A stretch of DNA of 64,000 nt, taken from positions 282,303 to 346,302 of the forward strand of contig JAXHNJ010000002.1 in NCBI GenBank assembly GCA_034520665.1, given 5' to 3'. A program made the position numbers and the translations under genes. This stretch comes from Patescibacteria group bacterium. Lineage in GTDB: Bacteria; Patescibacteriota; Patescibacteriia; JAXHNJ01. Under the pieces are notes generated by a model. It was not told the DNA's origin. It worked only from the letters and a program-made list of their open reading frames with translations, and did no database searches. The first letter of the stretch is position 1, and each line of letters opens with the position of its first letter. Positions 38,654 to 48,106 of this stretch are shown one piece after another.

Positions 38654-39760
38654 TTGTCTTTTTCCATCGGTATTGTCGGCCTGCCCAATGTCGGTAAATC
38701 AACCCTTTTCAAGGCGCTGACTGAACAAACCATTGATATCCAAAACTATCCCTTTTGCACCATTGATCCCAATGTTGGTATTGTTAGCGTCCCTGATAAA
38801 AGGCTTAATAAATTAGCCCATATATACAAACCAGAAAAAGTTATTCCGGCTGTGGTTGAATTTGTCGATATTGCCGGTTTGGTTAAAGGGGCTTCCAAAG
38901 GAGAAGGGCTGGGCAATAAATTTTTAGAAAACATCCGCCAAGTCAGAGTCATCGCCCATGTGATCCGCTGTTTTGAAAATGATGATATTGTCCATGTCAG
39001 CGGCAAAATTGATCCAAAGGAAGATATTGAAATTATCGAAACTGAGCTGGCCTTGGCTGATTTAGAAACCGTGCAAAAAAGAAAAGAATCTCTGGAAAAA
39101 CAAATCAAATCTCAAGATAAAGAATTAGTTAAAAAGGTAAAAATTCTTGCTCCTTTGCTTGAGCGCCTGGAAAAAAGCCTTAGTCAGGGAGAACCAGCCA
39201 GAAGCATAACTTTTGATAAAGAGGCGGAAGAAGCGCTTCAAGAGCTTCAACTAATTACCCAAAAGAAACAGCTTTATTGCTGTAATGTTGATGAAAATAA
39301 TATTCAAGAAGAAAATGAATATGTAAAAATCGTGAGAAAATTAGCCAAAAAAAATGACTCTGAAGTCATAATTATTTCAGCTAAACTAGAAGCCGAAATC
39401 GCTGATTTATCATCAGAAAAAGAAAAAATTGATTTTCTTAAACAACTAGGAATTAATGAATCCGGCCTCGATAAGCTAATTAAAACCGGTTATCATCTGC
39501 TTAATTTCAGAACCTTTCTAACTGGCGGAGAAAAAGAAGTAAGAGCCTGGACATTTAAAAAAGGCTCTACGGCTCCACAAGCAGCCGGTATTATTCATAC
39601 TGATTTTCAAACCGGTTTTATTAAGGCCGAAGTTATAAGTTATCAGGATTTAATATCAGTCGGCTCTGAACTCAAGGCCAAAGAAAAGGGATTAATAAAA
39701 ATAGTCGGCAAAGAGTACGAGGTTCAGGACGGCGACGTGATGCATTTTCTTTTTCAATAA
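38654..39760 (+). CDS. ychF: Ribosome-binding ATPase YchF (Obg-like)
   Basis: It has a TTG start and the motifs IGIVGLPNVGKSTLF, DIAGLVKGAS and the C-terminal GDVMHF. Confidence 0.9.
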   Translation: MSFSIGIVGLPNVGKSTLFKALTEQTIDIQNYPFCTIDPNVGIVSVPDKRLNKLAHIYKPEKVIPAVVEFVDIAGLVKGASKGEGLGNKFLENIRQVRVIAHVIRCFENDDIVHVSGKIDPKEDIEIIETELALADLETVQKRKESLEKQIKSQDKELVKKVKILAPLLERLEKSLSQGEPARSITFDKEAEEALQELQLITQKKQLYCCNVDENNIQEENEYVKIVRKLAKKNDSEVIIISAKLEAEIADLSSEKEKIDFLKQLGINESGLDKLIKTGYHLLNFRTFLTGGEKEVRAWTFKKGSTAPQAAGIIHTDFQTGFIKAEVISYQDLISVGSELKAKEKGLIKIVGKEYEVQDGDVMHFLFQ

Positions 39761-39854
39761 AATTATCTTGACTTAATAAATACAATTTTATATATTTAAC
39801 CTTGGTGGCTTTTAAAAAAGCCGCTTTTTTTATTTGTTTTTGAAAAAATCACAA

Positions 39855-40482
39855 GATCGCACGCTTTCGCGTGGACACCACTTACTATTATTAAATCTAC
39901 AGCTCAGATAAAAAAAGGTTTGCGGAGCCCAGACGAAAGTCTGGCTATTAAATAATCAATTTTATGTTAATATCTTACCAAAATCGACCCCCACATATTT
40001 ATTCGGATAATTCATTTTATTTTTTAACTGCCAGAACTTTAAAAGGAATATATTTTTTTAATACTGATAGCAAGAAAAAAATACTACTAAATGTAATTAG
40101 AAAAGCTCTTGAAAGATATAATTGTGATTTATACGCCTGGGTAATTCTTTCAAATCATTATCATCTTTTATTAAAAATTAAATTAGGTAAAGAATTATCA
40201 AGCTTAATTAAAAATATCCATGCTAACAGTTCTCGTATATTAAATATATATCAAGCTTGTCCGAGTAGAAAGATTTGGTGGAATTATTGGGATAAATGCA
40301 TTGAAACACCAAAAAGTTATTACACTCATCTTAATTATATCCACCATAATCCAGTCAAACACGGCTATACAAAAAATATGAAAGATTATAAATTTTCCAG
40401 TTACAGACATTATTTAAAAACCCAAGGTAAGGAATGGCTTGAGGATTCATTTTGTGCTTACCCAGTTATTACAAAAAATTGA
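39855..40482 (+). mobile_element. IS200/IS605-family element with a solo Y1 (HUH) transposase and flanking tetraloop hairpins
   Basis: The tnpA gene is flanked upstream by the hairpins CACGC-TTTC-GCGTG and CCAGAC-GAAA-GTCTGG. The right end is not defined. Confidence 0.5.
39964..40482 (+). CDS. tnpA: IS200-like / REP-associated tyrosine transposase (Y1 HUH)
   Basis: It is 172 aa with the HUH motif NHYHLLL and C-terminal tyrosines (SSYRHY). Confidence 0.65.
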   Translation: MLISYQNRPPHIYSDNSFYFLTARTLKGIYFFNTDSKKKILLNVIRKALERYNCDLYAWVILSNHYHLLLKIKLGKELSSLIKNIHANSSRILNIYQACPSRKIWWNYWDKCIETPKSYYTHLNYIHHNPVKHGYTKNMKDYKFSSYRHYLKTQGKEWLEDSFCAYPVITKN

Positions 40483-40717
40483 ATAATAAATCTATAAATG
40501 CTAACATAAAATTACTTGAACCTTTTAACTCTCAAGGGAGGTGAAGTTTATTGGTTAGACCACGTCACGCTCTGCAAAGGCTCTGGTGGCGCCGGATAAT
40601 CGCTATCAAAGCCAGATACGGCTGGAAATAAAGGAGGCAAAATGACATTTATTACTGAAGTAATCAAAAAATGCCCATTCTTTAGAATAGATCTACCGCC
40701 CCCTCTTCATATCTAAA

Positions 40718-40762
40718 GCCCTTCCGGTTCCCTGCCCTTCTTTGCGGCAGGGATTTTTTTAT
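40718..40762 (+). terminator. Intrinsic terminator
   Basis: The hairpin CCCTGCC-N9-GGCAGGG is followed by ATTTTTTTATT. Confidence 0.55.
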
Positions 40763-40802
40763 TATAACTCTATAGCCTACAGCTTTACGGCTCCTAGGGC
40801 TT

Positions 40803-41897
40803 TTATGGCTTTCTACTCAAAATAACAGTTGCTTCCTCAAGTCCCATATTACTTAAAATTTCCTTGGACTCTTCCTGACTGGCCCAATCCGGCTGGTTAT
40901 AATCGTAAATATGAACTGGTTTAAATTCTAAAGATTTTAATTTATTTTCTGAAATAATAGCCTTAACCACCGCCCCTTGCTGAGTCTCTTCTGACCACAT
41001 TTGGTCAAAAACTAAATTACCTAAGCTATAAATAATATAACCGTCATTATATTTCTCGGTGGTTTGTACTACATGCGGATGATGACCAACTACTAAATCT
41101 GCTCCGGCCTCAATAGCCGTGTGAGCAAAATTAATTTGAAAACGGCCTGGGTTATGCGTATACTCAGCCCCGGCGTGCATGGAAACAATAATAATATCAG
41201 CTGAATTATTTAACTGGGTAAGATCTTTTTTCATCTGGTCTATTTCCATATTAGCGACGCCCGGTGAATTTTCTGTGGCTACATATAAACTTTCCGGATA
41301 GGCATAAGCGAAAAATCCGATCTTTATGCCTTTTACTGCTATAATTTTACTCTCGTGCGCTTGTTCAAAATTATTACCGGCCCCGCAATATTCGATCTCG
41401 TTATTAGTCAAGTGTTCAAAAGTAAACTTTTCTCCGGCTACACCCTGGTTACCAAAATGATTATTGGCCAGAGAGACAATATCAATACCGGCTAATTTTA
41501 AACCTTCAATAGTTTCAGACAAGGCCCGAAAAACCACGCTGCCGTTGGGTGTGGCCGAGCCACCGTCAAAAAAAGGAGATTCTAAATTTATAAAAGTTAA
41601 GTCAGCTTCTTTAAATTCATCGGCAATTTTTTGAAAAGGCAAACTGTAATCATTGGCGGCTAATATTTTTTGTTCCACAGTTCTAGCCAGCATGACATCA
41701 CCACCAAAGATAAGAGTAGTTTCTGTTTGAGCCTTGGCCTGTTTGACAATAAAATTTTCATTAATTTCAGTCTCTCGATCTATAGCTACTGCTCCCTGAT
41801 AAGCCACTATTAAAATACTTAGTGTAGAAACAAAAATAGCCGTAAATACCCAGATGTATTCTATTTTTTTGTTTAAGATTTTATCAAGCATGACCAT
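40803..41897 (-). CDS. capA: CapA/PgsA-family metallophosphatase-like protein (poly-gamma-glutamate capsule-type)
   Basis: An N-terminal TM helix is followed by metallophosphoesterase-like motifs (SMHAGAEY, GHHPHVVQ). Confidence 0.7.
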   Translation of the reverse strand: MVMLDKILNKKIEYIWVFTAIFVSTLSILIVAYQGAVAIDRETEINENFIVKQAKAQTETTLIFGGDVMLARTVEQKILAANDYSLPFQKIADEFKEADLTFINLESPFFDGGSATPNGSVVFRALSETIEGLKLAGIDIVSLANNHFGNQGVAGEKFTFEHLTNNEIEYCGAGNNFEQAHESKIIAVKGIKIGFFAYAYPESLYVATENSPGVANMEIDQMKKDLTQLNNSADIIIVSMHAGAEYTHNPGRFQINFAHTAIEAGADLVVGHHPHVVQTTEKYNDGYIIYSLGNLVFDQMWSEETQQGAVVKAIISENKLKSLEFKPVHIYDYNQPDWASQEESKEILSNMGLEEATVILSRKP

Positions 41898-41924
41898 TTT
41901 TTTTGTTTGTAATTTGTTTATTGT

Positions 41925-43184
41925 TTACTGATTATTAAAAACAAATATTTCTCTTAAAATGTTTTGGCCTTGGCGTGAGTAAATAACTGAACCACGCCGG
42001 GTTATTTCCGAAAAAGATTTATTTTTTAATTCATCCGGTAATATTTTTTCCTGTCTAAATCCCATTTTAATTACTTCTTCTAAAATCGGCAAGTTTTGAA
42101 AACCCTTATATGTCTTAAAAACCGGCCAAATAATCACTATCTTACCTCTTTTTCTTAAAACTTTTTTTATTTCTTTAAAAAAGTTACGATAGAGATTAAT
42201 TAATTGATCAGTAATTTTCCTAGTTTCCTTTTGGTTTAATTTATTTTTTAAAACTGGACCCAAATAAGGTTCAGTAATAACTAGATCAATTAAATTAGAC
42301 TTTAAATTTTTACCTAAATATGAAATATCTAATTTAAAAATTCTTACTTTTCTGTTTTCAAGATTATATTTATTTTCTAGCCACTTGATATTTTTTTTAG
42401 TTTTACTAATGGCCTTAGCACTGACATCAGAGCCAATGACTTCGGCAAAACCTAAAAGCAAGGCTTCCTGTAAAATAGTGCCACAACCACAAAAAGGATC
42501 CAGCAAGACATCATTTTTATCGCCTCCGGAAATATTTATCATCATCCGAGCCAGTTTAGGCGGCATCATACCGATATCCATGTCCCGAGCTGGCCTTTTA
42601 TAATCACGAAAACTATAATCTTCAAAATCCTGCACTGTTTCGGTCCGGCCAAGCATTATCTTAGAACCAAAAATAAAAATATTTATTTCTGAGCCCTGAC
42701 TCAAAAGCTTATTTTTTTTAACCACTACTGAAGAAAGACGTCGACTGCGTGAAGAAACTACTCGACTTTTAATCTCTCTTTCTTTGAATTTATTTTTAGC
42801 TGAAATTAACAAATCTTTTATTTGAGCTTTAGTCTGATTAAAAATTTTATTTTTCTGCACATACAGGCTAAAGCCCACGTAAATCTTTTTATCCGTTTTA
42901 GATACAAAATTATTTAATATATTTTCCGGATTGAAGATATTTTTTAAAGTTTCTGATAAATCATGGCCTTTTTCTTCTTCTATTTTTATAGGACCACTTT
43001 TGACTATACCACCTAATTTTTTATTTAACTTTTCTAAGTCTATTTTTTTATCACTTTCAATAATTAAAACTCCTTTTTTTAAATGCAAGAGTTTTATTTC
43101 GAGCTGCTTTTTTCTAAAATAAGAAAAAATTTCAGCTAAAGACAGAACTTGATGACTACCGAGAATGAAAAAATATTTAGGCAT
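41925..43184 (-). CDS. Putative RNA (tRNA/rRNA) methyltransferase with a THUMP-like N-terminus
   Basis: The SAM motif DPFCGCGTILQEA and the catalytic ITEPYLG (D/NPPY-like) motif are present. Confidence 0.55.
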   Translation of the reverse strand: MPKYFFILGSHQVLSLAEIFSYFRKKQLEIKLLHLKKGVLIIESDKKIDLEKLNKKLGGIVKSGPIKIEEEKGHDLSETLKNIFNPENILNNFVSKTDKKIYVGFSLYVQKNKIFNQTKAQIKDLLISAKNKFKEREIKSRVVSSRSRRLSSVVVKKNKLLSQGSEINIFIFGSKIMLGRTETVQDFEDYSFRDYKRPARDMDIGMMPPKLARMMINISGGDKNDVLLDPFCGCGTILQEALLLGFAEVIGSDVSAKAISKTKKNIKWLENKYNLENRKVRIFKLDISYLGKNLKSNLIDLVITEPYLGPVLKNKLNQKETRKITDQLINLYRNFFKEIKKVLRKRGKIVIIWPVFKTYKGFQNLPILEEVIKMGFRQEKILPDELKNKSFSEITRRGSVIYSRQGQNILREIFVFNNQ

Positions 43185-43351
43185 AATTAACTATATTATA
43201 AGGTTTTTCTGCTAAAAAATAAAGCTCTTTAATTTTTTTTCTTTTATAAAAATAATTTAAAAATGCCTTGCCAAAGTATAATTTTTATGTTAATATGTCT
43301 TTAAGCTTGGATTAGCTTGTTTTTTATCTTTAATGAAGAATAATTAACAAA

Positions 43352-43867
43352 ATGAAACATTACGAACTACTTTATATAGTCTCCGGTAAAATCGCCGAGG
43401 ATGAGCAAAAAAATATCACCAATCAGGTAGAAAGCCTAATTAAAAAATTAGAGGGAAATTTAACTCTTTCTGAAAGTTTGGGCAAGAAAAAATTAGCCTA
43501 TCCTATAAAAAAGAATGATCATGGTTCTTATTATGTTAATGAATTTGATATGGAGGAAAATAAATTAAAAGAGTTAGAGAAAAATCTTAAATTAATTAAT
43601 GAAATCATAAGATTTTTAATAATTGTAAAAGTACCAACAAAAGAAAAAGAGGAAAAAATAAAAGAAGGTAAAAAAGTAGAAAAAAGAGTCTACAAACCAG
43701 AAAGCAAACCCGAAATAAAGAAAGAAAGTGATAAGAAAGAGGAAAAAACTAAAAAGGCTTCTTTAGCCAAAAAAACTCCCAAAAAAGAAAAAAAAGAAAA
43801 GGTAAGTATTGAAGAGCTTGATAAAAAATTGGATGAAATTTTAGAAGATGATATTACCAATCAATAA
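43352..43867 (+). CDS. rpsF: 30S ribosomal protein S6 with a Lys/Glu-rich C-terminal extension
   Basis: The N-terminus reads [10 protein letters not shown]. It sits in the S6-SSB-S18 synteny. Confidence 0.8.
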   Translation: MKHYELLYIVSGKIAEDEQKNITNQVESLIKKLEGNLTLSESLGKKKLAYPIKKNDHGSYYVNEFDMEENKLKELEKNLKLINEIIRFLIIVKVPTKEKEEKIKEGKKVEKRVYKPESKPEIKKESDKKEEKTKKASLAKKTPKKEKKEKVSIEELDKKLDEILEDDITNQ

Positions 43868-43887
43868 TAAATAATAATATAATAACT

Positions 43888-44313
43888 ATGGATTTAAACA
43901 AAGCTCAAATTATTGGCAACTTAACCCGCGATCCTGAAGTCAGAAGTACTACTTCTGGTCAAAGTGTAGCTTCTTTTGGTGTGGCTACTAATCGTGTCTG
44001 GAAAGATAAAGCCAGCGGTGAAAGAAAGTCTTCGGCTGAATTTCATAATATAGTCGCCTGGGGTCGTTTAGCGGAAATATGTCAGCAATATTTAAAAAAA
44101 GGCAGTAAAGTTTATTTTGAAGGACGTTTACAAACAAGGTCATGGGAAGACCCATCCGGAGTAAAAAAATATCGCACCGAGATAGTAGCTCAAAATATGA
44201 TTATGTTAGATAAAAAAGGTGAAGGTCCTTCCGGAGCTGGCGCTAATCAAGGTCAAAATCAAAAAAATAAGCCCGAGGAAGAAGAAATAAATGTTGATGA
44301 CATACCTTTTTAA
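43888..44313 (+). CDS. ssb: Single-stranded DNA-binding protein
   Basis: An OB fold ([12 protein letters not shown]) is followed by a Gly/Gln-rich tail ending in DDIPF. Confidence 0.9.
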   Translation: MDLNKAQIIGNLTRDPEVRSTTSGQSVASFGVATNRVWKDKASGERKSSAEFHNIVAWGRLAEICQQYLKKGSKVYFEGRLQTRSWEDPSGVKKYRTEIVAQNMIMLDKKGEGPSGAGANQGQNQKNKPEEEEINVDDIPF

Positions 44314-44321
44314 TTAAACTT

Positions 44322-44534
44322 ATGAGAAAAAGAAAAAGAAAAGCCTGCTATTTTTGCAGGAATCAAATTGAACAAATAGATTACAAAGATGTACAGATTT
44401 TACAGCGTCATGTTTCTGGTTACCAAAAAATTGTACCCCGTAAACGCAGTGGTGTTTGTATGAAGCATCAGAGAAAACTAGCCAAGGCCATTAAAAGAGC
44501 CCGCTATATGGGCCTTATGCCTTATACCCATTAA
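44322..44534 (+). CDS. rpsR: 30S ribosomal protein S18
   Basis: The motifs CYFC...IDYKDV..L and PRKRSGVC...QRKLA.AIKRAR are present. Confidence 0.9.
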   Translation: MRKRKRKACYFCRNQIEQIDYKDVQILQRHVSGYQKIVPRKRSGVCMKHQRKLAKAIKRARYMGLMPYTH

Positions 44535-44536
44535 TT

Positions 44537-45097
44537 ATGCTTGGTATAAATAATTTAAAAATAGGCACCACCTTTAAATATAAGGGGGAGCCTTATGAAA
44601 TAGTAAAAGCTCAGCACGTTAAGATGGGACGCGGTGGAGCTGTTTTGCAGACCAAAATAAAAAACTTAAAAACCGGTCAGTTACTGGAAAAAAACTTTAA
44701 ATCTTCAGACAAATTTGAAGAACCAGATCTTTCTCGTTCTCGGGTTAATTTTCTTTATCAAGAAGATGACAAATATTATTTTATGGATGAAAAAAGCTAT
44801 GAGCAATTTAGTCTGACAAAAGATCAAATTGGAGAAAAAACAAATTTTATCAAAGAAGGAGCTAGTGTTAATTTATTAAATTTTGAAGATAAAGCGATCA
44901 ATATTGAATTGCCTATTAAAGTTGATCTAAAAGTTAAAGAAACTCCCCCGGGTGTGCGTGGTGACACGGCGCAAGGCTCAGCCACCAAAGAGGCAAAGCT
45001 GGAAACTGGCTACAAAATAAAAGTACCGCTTTTTATAAAGACCGACGATATTATCCGTGTTAACACAGAAACTGGCCAATACGTAGAGAGAGTTTAG
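44537..45097 (+). CDS. efp: Elongation factor P
   Basis: It is 186 aa with the KMGRGGA loop (the Lys modification site). Confidence 0.9.
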   Translation: MLGINNLKIGTTFKYKGEPYEIVKAQHVKMGRGGAVLQTKIKNLKTGQLLEKNFKSSDKFEEPDLSRSRVNFLYQEDDKYYFMDEKSYEQFSLTKDQIGEKTNFIKEGASVNLLNFEDKAINIELPIKVDLKVKETPPGVRGDTAQGSATKEAKLETGYKIKVPLFIKTDDIIRVNTETGQYVERV

Positions 45098-45146
45098 TAT
45101 CTATTTTAATATGTTATCTAAATACTCAAATATAGCCTTATTTATC

Positions 45147-45194
45147 CGGATAACAGAAATTAAAGCTGAATCTAGGCCTGTTATCCCTTTTTTT
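45147..45194 (+). terminator. Putative efp terminator
   Basis: GGATAACAG-N21-CTGTTATCC is followed by CTTTTTTTG. The loop is long. Confidence 0.4.
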
Positions 45195-45631
45195 GACTAA
45201 CATTATTCTATAATCTTTGACTTAAGAAAGAAGGAGAATTATTGTTTTCAATCTGTTTTCAATCTTTACAGAGCTTACCCGATTGTTCTGTTATATTACA
45301 AGCTGGGTCACCCAGAAATTCAAAAAAGAAAAAATCTACTTTAGTATGAAAATTCGTGCTAATCGTTGGCAACAATGGATTCTTTTCATGTAAAAGAGTA
45401 GGATCTCGACCAAAGAATAAAATTAAAGAATAAATCTAAAAAATAATTTGTTTGATCCTTAATAGGAATTAGTCTAATTCCTATTTTTTATTTGCGAAAA
45501 ATATTTTTTGATTATTTTAATAAAAGATCATCATTTGATTTTCTTATCTTGCTAATAAATAATATTTATGCTAAGATAATTTATTGATCTTTGTCATTGT
45601 CATTCTTAGTCAACAAAAAAAGGGAGTAATA

Positions 45632-46237
45632 ATGAAATTGATTTACCGAAAGTTGTTTCATATTCTCTGTTCATTAATCGCCTTAGCTATTGTTTATTTT
45701 GTTTCCTGGCCGGCCCGCAGTATCATCGCCGGCATTTTCTTTATGGCTATGCTCTGGCTAGATTTTAAGCGTTTATCCGAGCCTCAAAATCAGACTTTCA
45801 AGCGAGGAATTTGGAAAAAATGCCTTCGGGAGGTAGAAAAAAGACGATTTTCAGGTTCACTTTGGCTGAGTTTAGGTTTTCTAGTTATCAGCTTTTTTCA
45901 AAGTTGGGAAATTATTATCTTGAGTATAATTTATGTTGGTTTTGCCGATCCCATGGCTGAAATATTCGGCCATTTCAGTTTCACCCGTCGTTATTCTGAA
46001 AAAAATCAAAAAACAATCGGTGGCAGCTTAGGATTTTTTCTGACAGCCTTAACTCTAAGCTTATCTACACTTTATTACTTTTTTCATGAACCGCATTGGC
46101 TAACTATTGGCCTAGCAAGCAGTTTTTTTGCTGCTGTTGTTGAATCCCTTGAAATTGAAATAGAAGGCTACTATCTCAATGATAATTTCCTGATACCAGT
46201 AGCTACTGGTTTTTTTCTAAAATGCTTTTTCTTTTAA
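45632..46237 (+). CDS. CTP-transferase-1 family membrane protein (CdsA / dolichol-phytol kinase-like)
   Basis: The motif GFADPMAEIFGHFSF...KTIGGSLG is present with multiple TM helices. I place the start at ATG 45632, preceded by AAGGGAG. Confidence 0.55.
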   Translation: MKLIYRKLFHILCSLIALAIVYFVSWPARSIIAGIFFMAMLWLDFKRLSEPQNQTFKRGIWKKCLREVEKRRFSGSLWLSLGFLVISFFQSWEIIILSIIYVGFADPMAEIFGHFSFTRRYSEKNQKTIGGSLGFFLTALTLSLSTLYYFFHEPHWLTIGLASSFFAAVVESLEIEIEGYYLNDNFLIPVATGFFLKCFFF

Positions 46238-46347
46238 AACCCGCTATCAACATAAGGCGGGTTTTTCTTTAACTTAAAAATATTTATTAAAAACTCAGCG
46301 CAGACTGACAAGTCTGCGCTGGTAAATTTAATTAAAAATTTTTTTTA

Positions 46348-47379
46348 CTACTCTTCTTCACTCTCTTTAACTGCTTTTAGAATTTCTTTTTGAATTTCTT
46401 TTAATACTTTTGGATTTTCTTTAAGAAGCTGGCGGCTTTTTTCTCGGCCCACTCCCAACTTAGTCTCGCCAAAACTCAAAGTATTACCTGATTTTTTAAC
46501 TACTCCGTATTTCAAGCCAGTATCAATAGCATCCGTTTCTTCAGAAATTCCCTCATTATACATAATATCAAATTCTGTTTGTTTAAAAGGAGCCGCCACT
46601 TTATTTTTAACTACTTTGGCTCTTGTACGGTTACCAATCACTTGCTCGCCTTTTTTAATTTGACCGATTCTTCTGGTTTCTATCCTAACTGAAGAATAAA
46701 ATTTTAAAGCCGTACCACCGGTTGTTGTTCTAGGGTTTCCAAAAAAAACACCAATTCTCATACGTGTTTGGTTGATAAAAATTACCATTGTTTTGGTTTT
46801 AGCCACAATAGAAGTAAGTTTTCGCAAAGCTTGACTCATTAATCTAGCCTGCAAAGCCATATGTTTATCACCCATTTCTCCTTCAATTTCTGCCTTAGGC
46901 GTTAAAGCAGCCACCGAATCAATTACTACTAAATCAATACCTTTTGAACGAACCAGAGTTTCTAAAATCTCCAAGGCTTGTTCTCCGGTATCCGGTTGTG
47001 AGATAAGTAGATCATCAACATTTACACCTATTTTTTTAGCATAGGAAGGATCTAAAGCGTGTTCAGCGTCTATAAAAGCAGCAATACCGCCTTTTTTTTG
47101 GGCTTCAGCCGCTATATGCTGGGCTAAAGTAGTTTTACCTGAAGCTTCGGGTCCAAATATTTCTACCACACGTCCCCGAGGCAAACCGTCAACTCCTAAG
47201 GCAATGTCTAAAGAAAGACAGCCAGTTGGCACCGAAGGGACATCGGTCTTTCGGGTTTCACCAAACTTCATAATAGAGCCGTCACCAAAGCGCTCTTTAA
47301 TTTGATCAATAGCTTCTTTGGCTGCCTCAGCTCGGCTGTTTTTATTTTTCTTTTTTGATTTTTTTGATTTTTTAACCAT
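46348..47379 (-). CDS. recA: Recombinase RecA
   Basis: The Walker A motif [10 protein letters not shown] and the L1/L2 loops are present. There is a C-terminal acidic tail. Confidence 0.95.
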   Translation of the reverse strand: MVKKSKKSKKKNKNSRAEAAKEAIDQIKERFGDGSIMKFGETRKTDVPSVPTGCLSLDIALGVDGLPRGRVVEIFGPEASGKTTLAQHIAAEAQKKGGIAAFIDAEHALDPSYAKKIGVNVDDLLISQPDTGEQALEILETLVRSKGIDLVVIDSVAALTPKAEIEGEMGDKHMALQARLMSQALRKLTSIVAKTKTMVIFINQTRMRIGVFFGNPRTTTGGTALKFYSSVRIETRRIGQIKKGEQVIGNRTRAKVVKNKVAAPFKQTEFDIMYNEGISEETDAIDTGLKYGVVKKSGNTLSFGETKLGVGREKSRQLLKENPKVLKEIQKEILKAVKESEEE

Positions 47380-47425
47380 ATTTTATCCTTTCTTTTCCAC
47401 CAAAATTTATAAATATTATTATCAA

Positions 47426-48106
47426 TTATTCAACATTTTTAAGCATAACTCTTCTAATCACTTTGTTTTCTTCACCTTGTTTTTTATGAGCTGTAATTTC
47501 AATCACATTTACTCCTTCTTTTAATATTATTTCTTCTTTAAAACTGCCGTTTCTCTCTACATCTACCTTCTCACCATTGACTAAAACACTAATTTCTGGT
47601 TCAGTTTGACCTTCTAAAAGTAAACTCTTTTCTGTAGTAATAAATTCCTCAGGTGGGTAATTTATTTTCAGCTTGGGGGGAGCTATAATATGAGTTAACT
47701 CCCATCCTAAGTATAATAGAATAGCTAAAATAAATAAAATTATTATTAGGTTACGTAAATTCTTAGGATTTAAAAAAGGGAATTTTACCTTGCCCTTAGG
47801 CGGCAAATACTGATTACTATCATAGCTGTCAAGTTTCTGATATATCTTTTTTTCATTTTCATAAAGAGCCAATACTTTTTCTTTATTTACTGAAAGAAAA
47901 TCAGCATATTTTTTTAAGAAACTTTTTATATAAACTTCACCGGGTAATTTTTCATAATGACCCTCTTCTAAATATCGAATATACTTTTCAGAAACATTAA
48001 TATTTTCTTCTACTTTTTTTTGACTGTAGCCAGATTCTTGGCGAATTTCCCTTAACTTTTCTCCTAGAGTTTTATCAGCAAAATTCCTTTTTCTAAATTC
48101 GGCCAT
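47426..48106 (-). CDS. rodZ: RodZ-like HTH (XRE) membrane protein
   Basis: An N-terminal HTH (LGEKLREIRQESGYSQKKV) is followed by a TM helix and a C-terminal beta domain. I place the start at MAEFRK. It overlaps the ftsK stop by ~14 nt. Confidence 0.55.
   Translation of the reverse strand: MAEFRKRNFADKTLGEKLREIRQESGYSQKKVEENINVSEKYIRYLEEGHYEKLPGEVYIKSFLKKYADFLSVNKEKVLALYENEKKIYQKLDSYDSNQYLPPKGKVKFPFLNPKNLRNLIIILFILAILLYLGWELTHIIAPPKLKINYPPEEFITTEKSLLLEGQTEPEISVLVNGEKVDVERNGSFKEEIILKEGVNVIEITAHKKQGEENKVIRRVMLKNVE

Noticed and set aside
38746-39108. 120 aa minus-strand ORF inside ychF
   Set aside because: It is antisense to the conserved YchF gene.
42385-43122. Plus-strand ORFs inside the THUMP methyltransferase gene
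   Set aside because: They are antisense and carry no signals.
47318-47524. 68 aa plus-strand ORF overlapping the recA start and rodZ end
   Set aside because: Its Phe-rich translation of an AT-rich intergenic/antisense frame is not credible.
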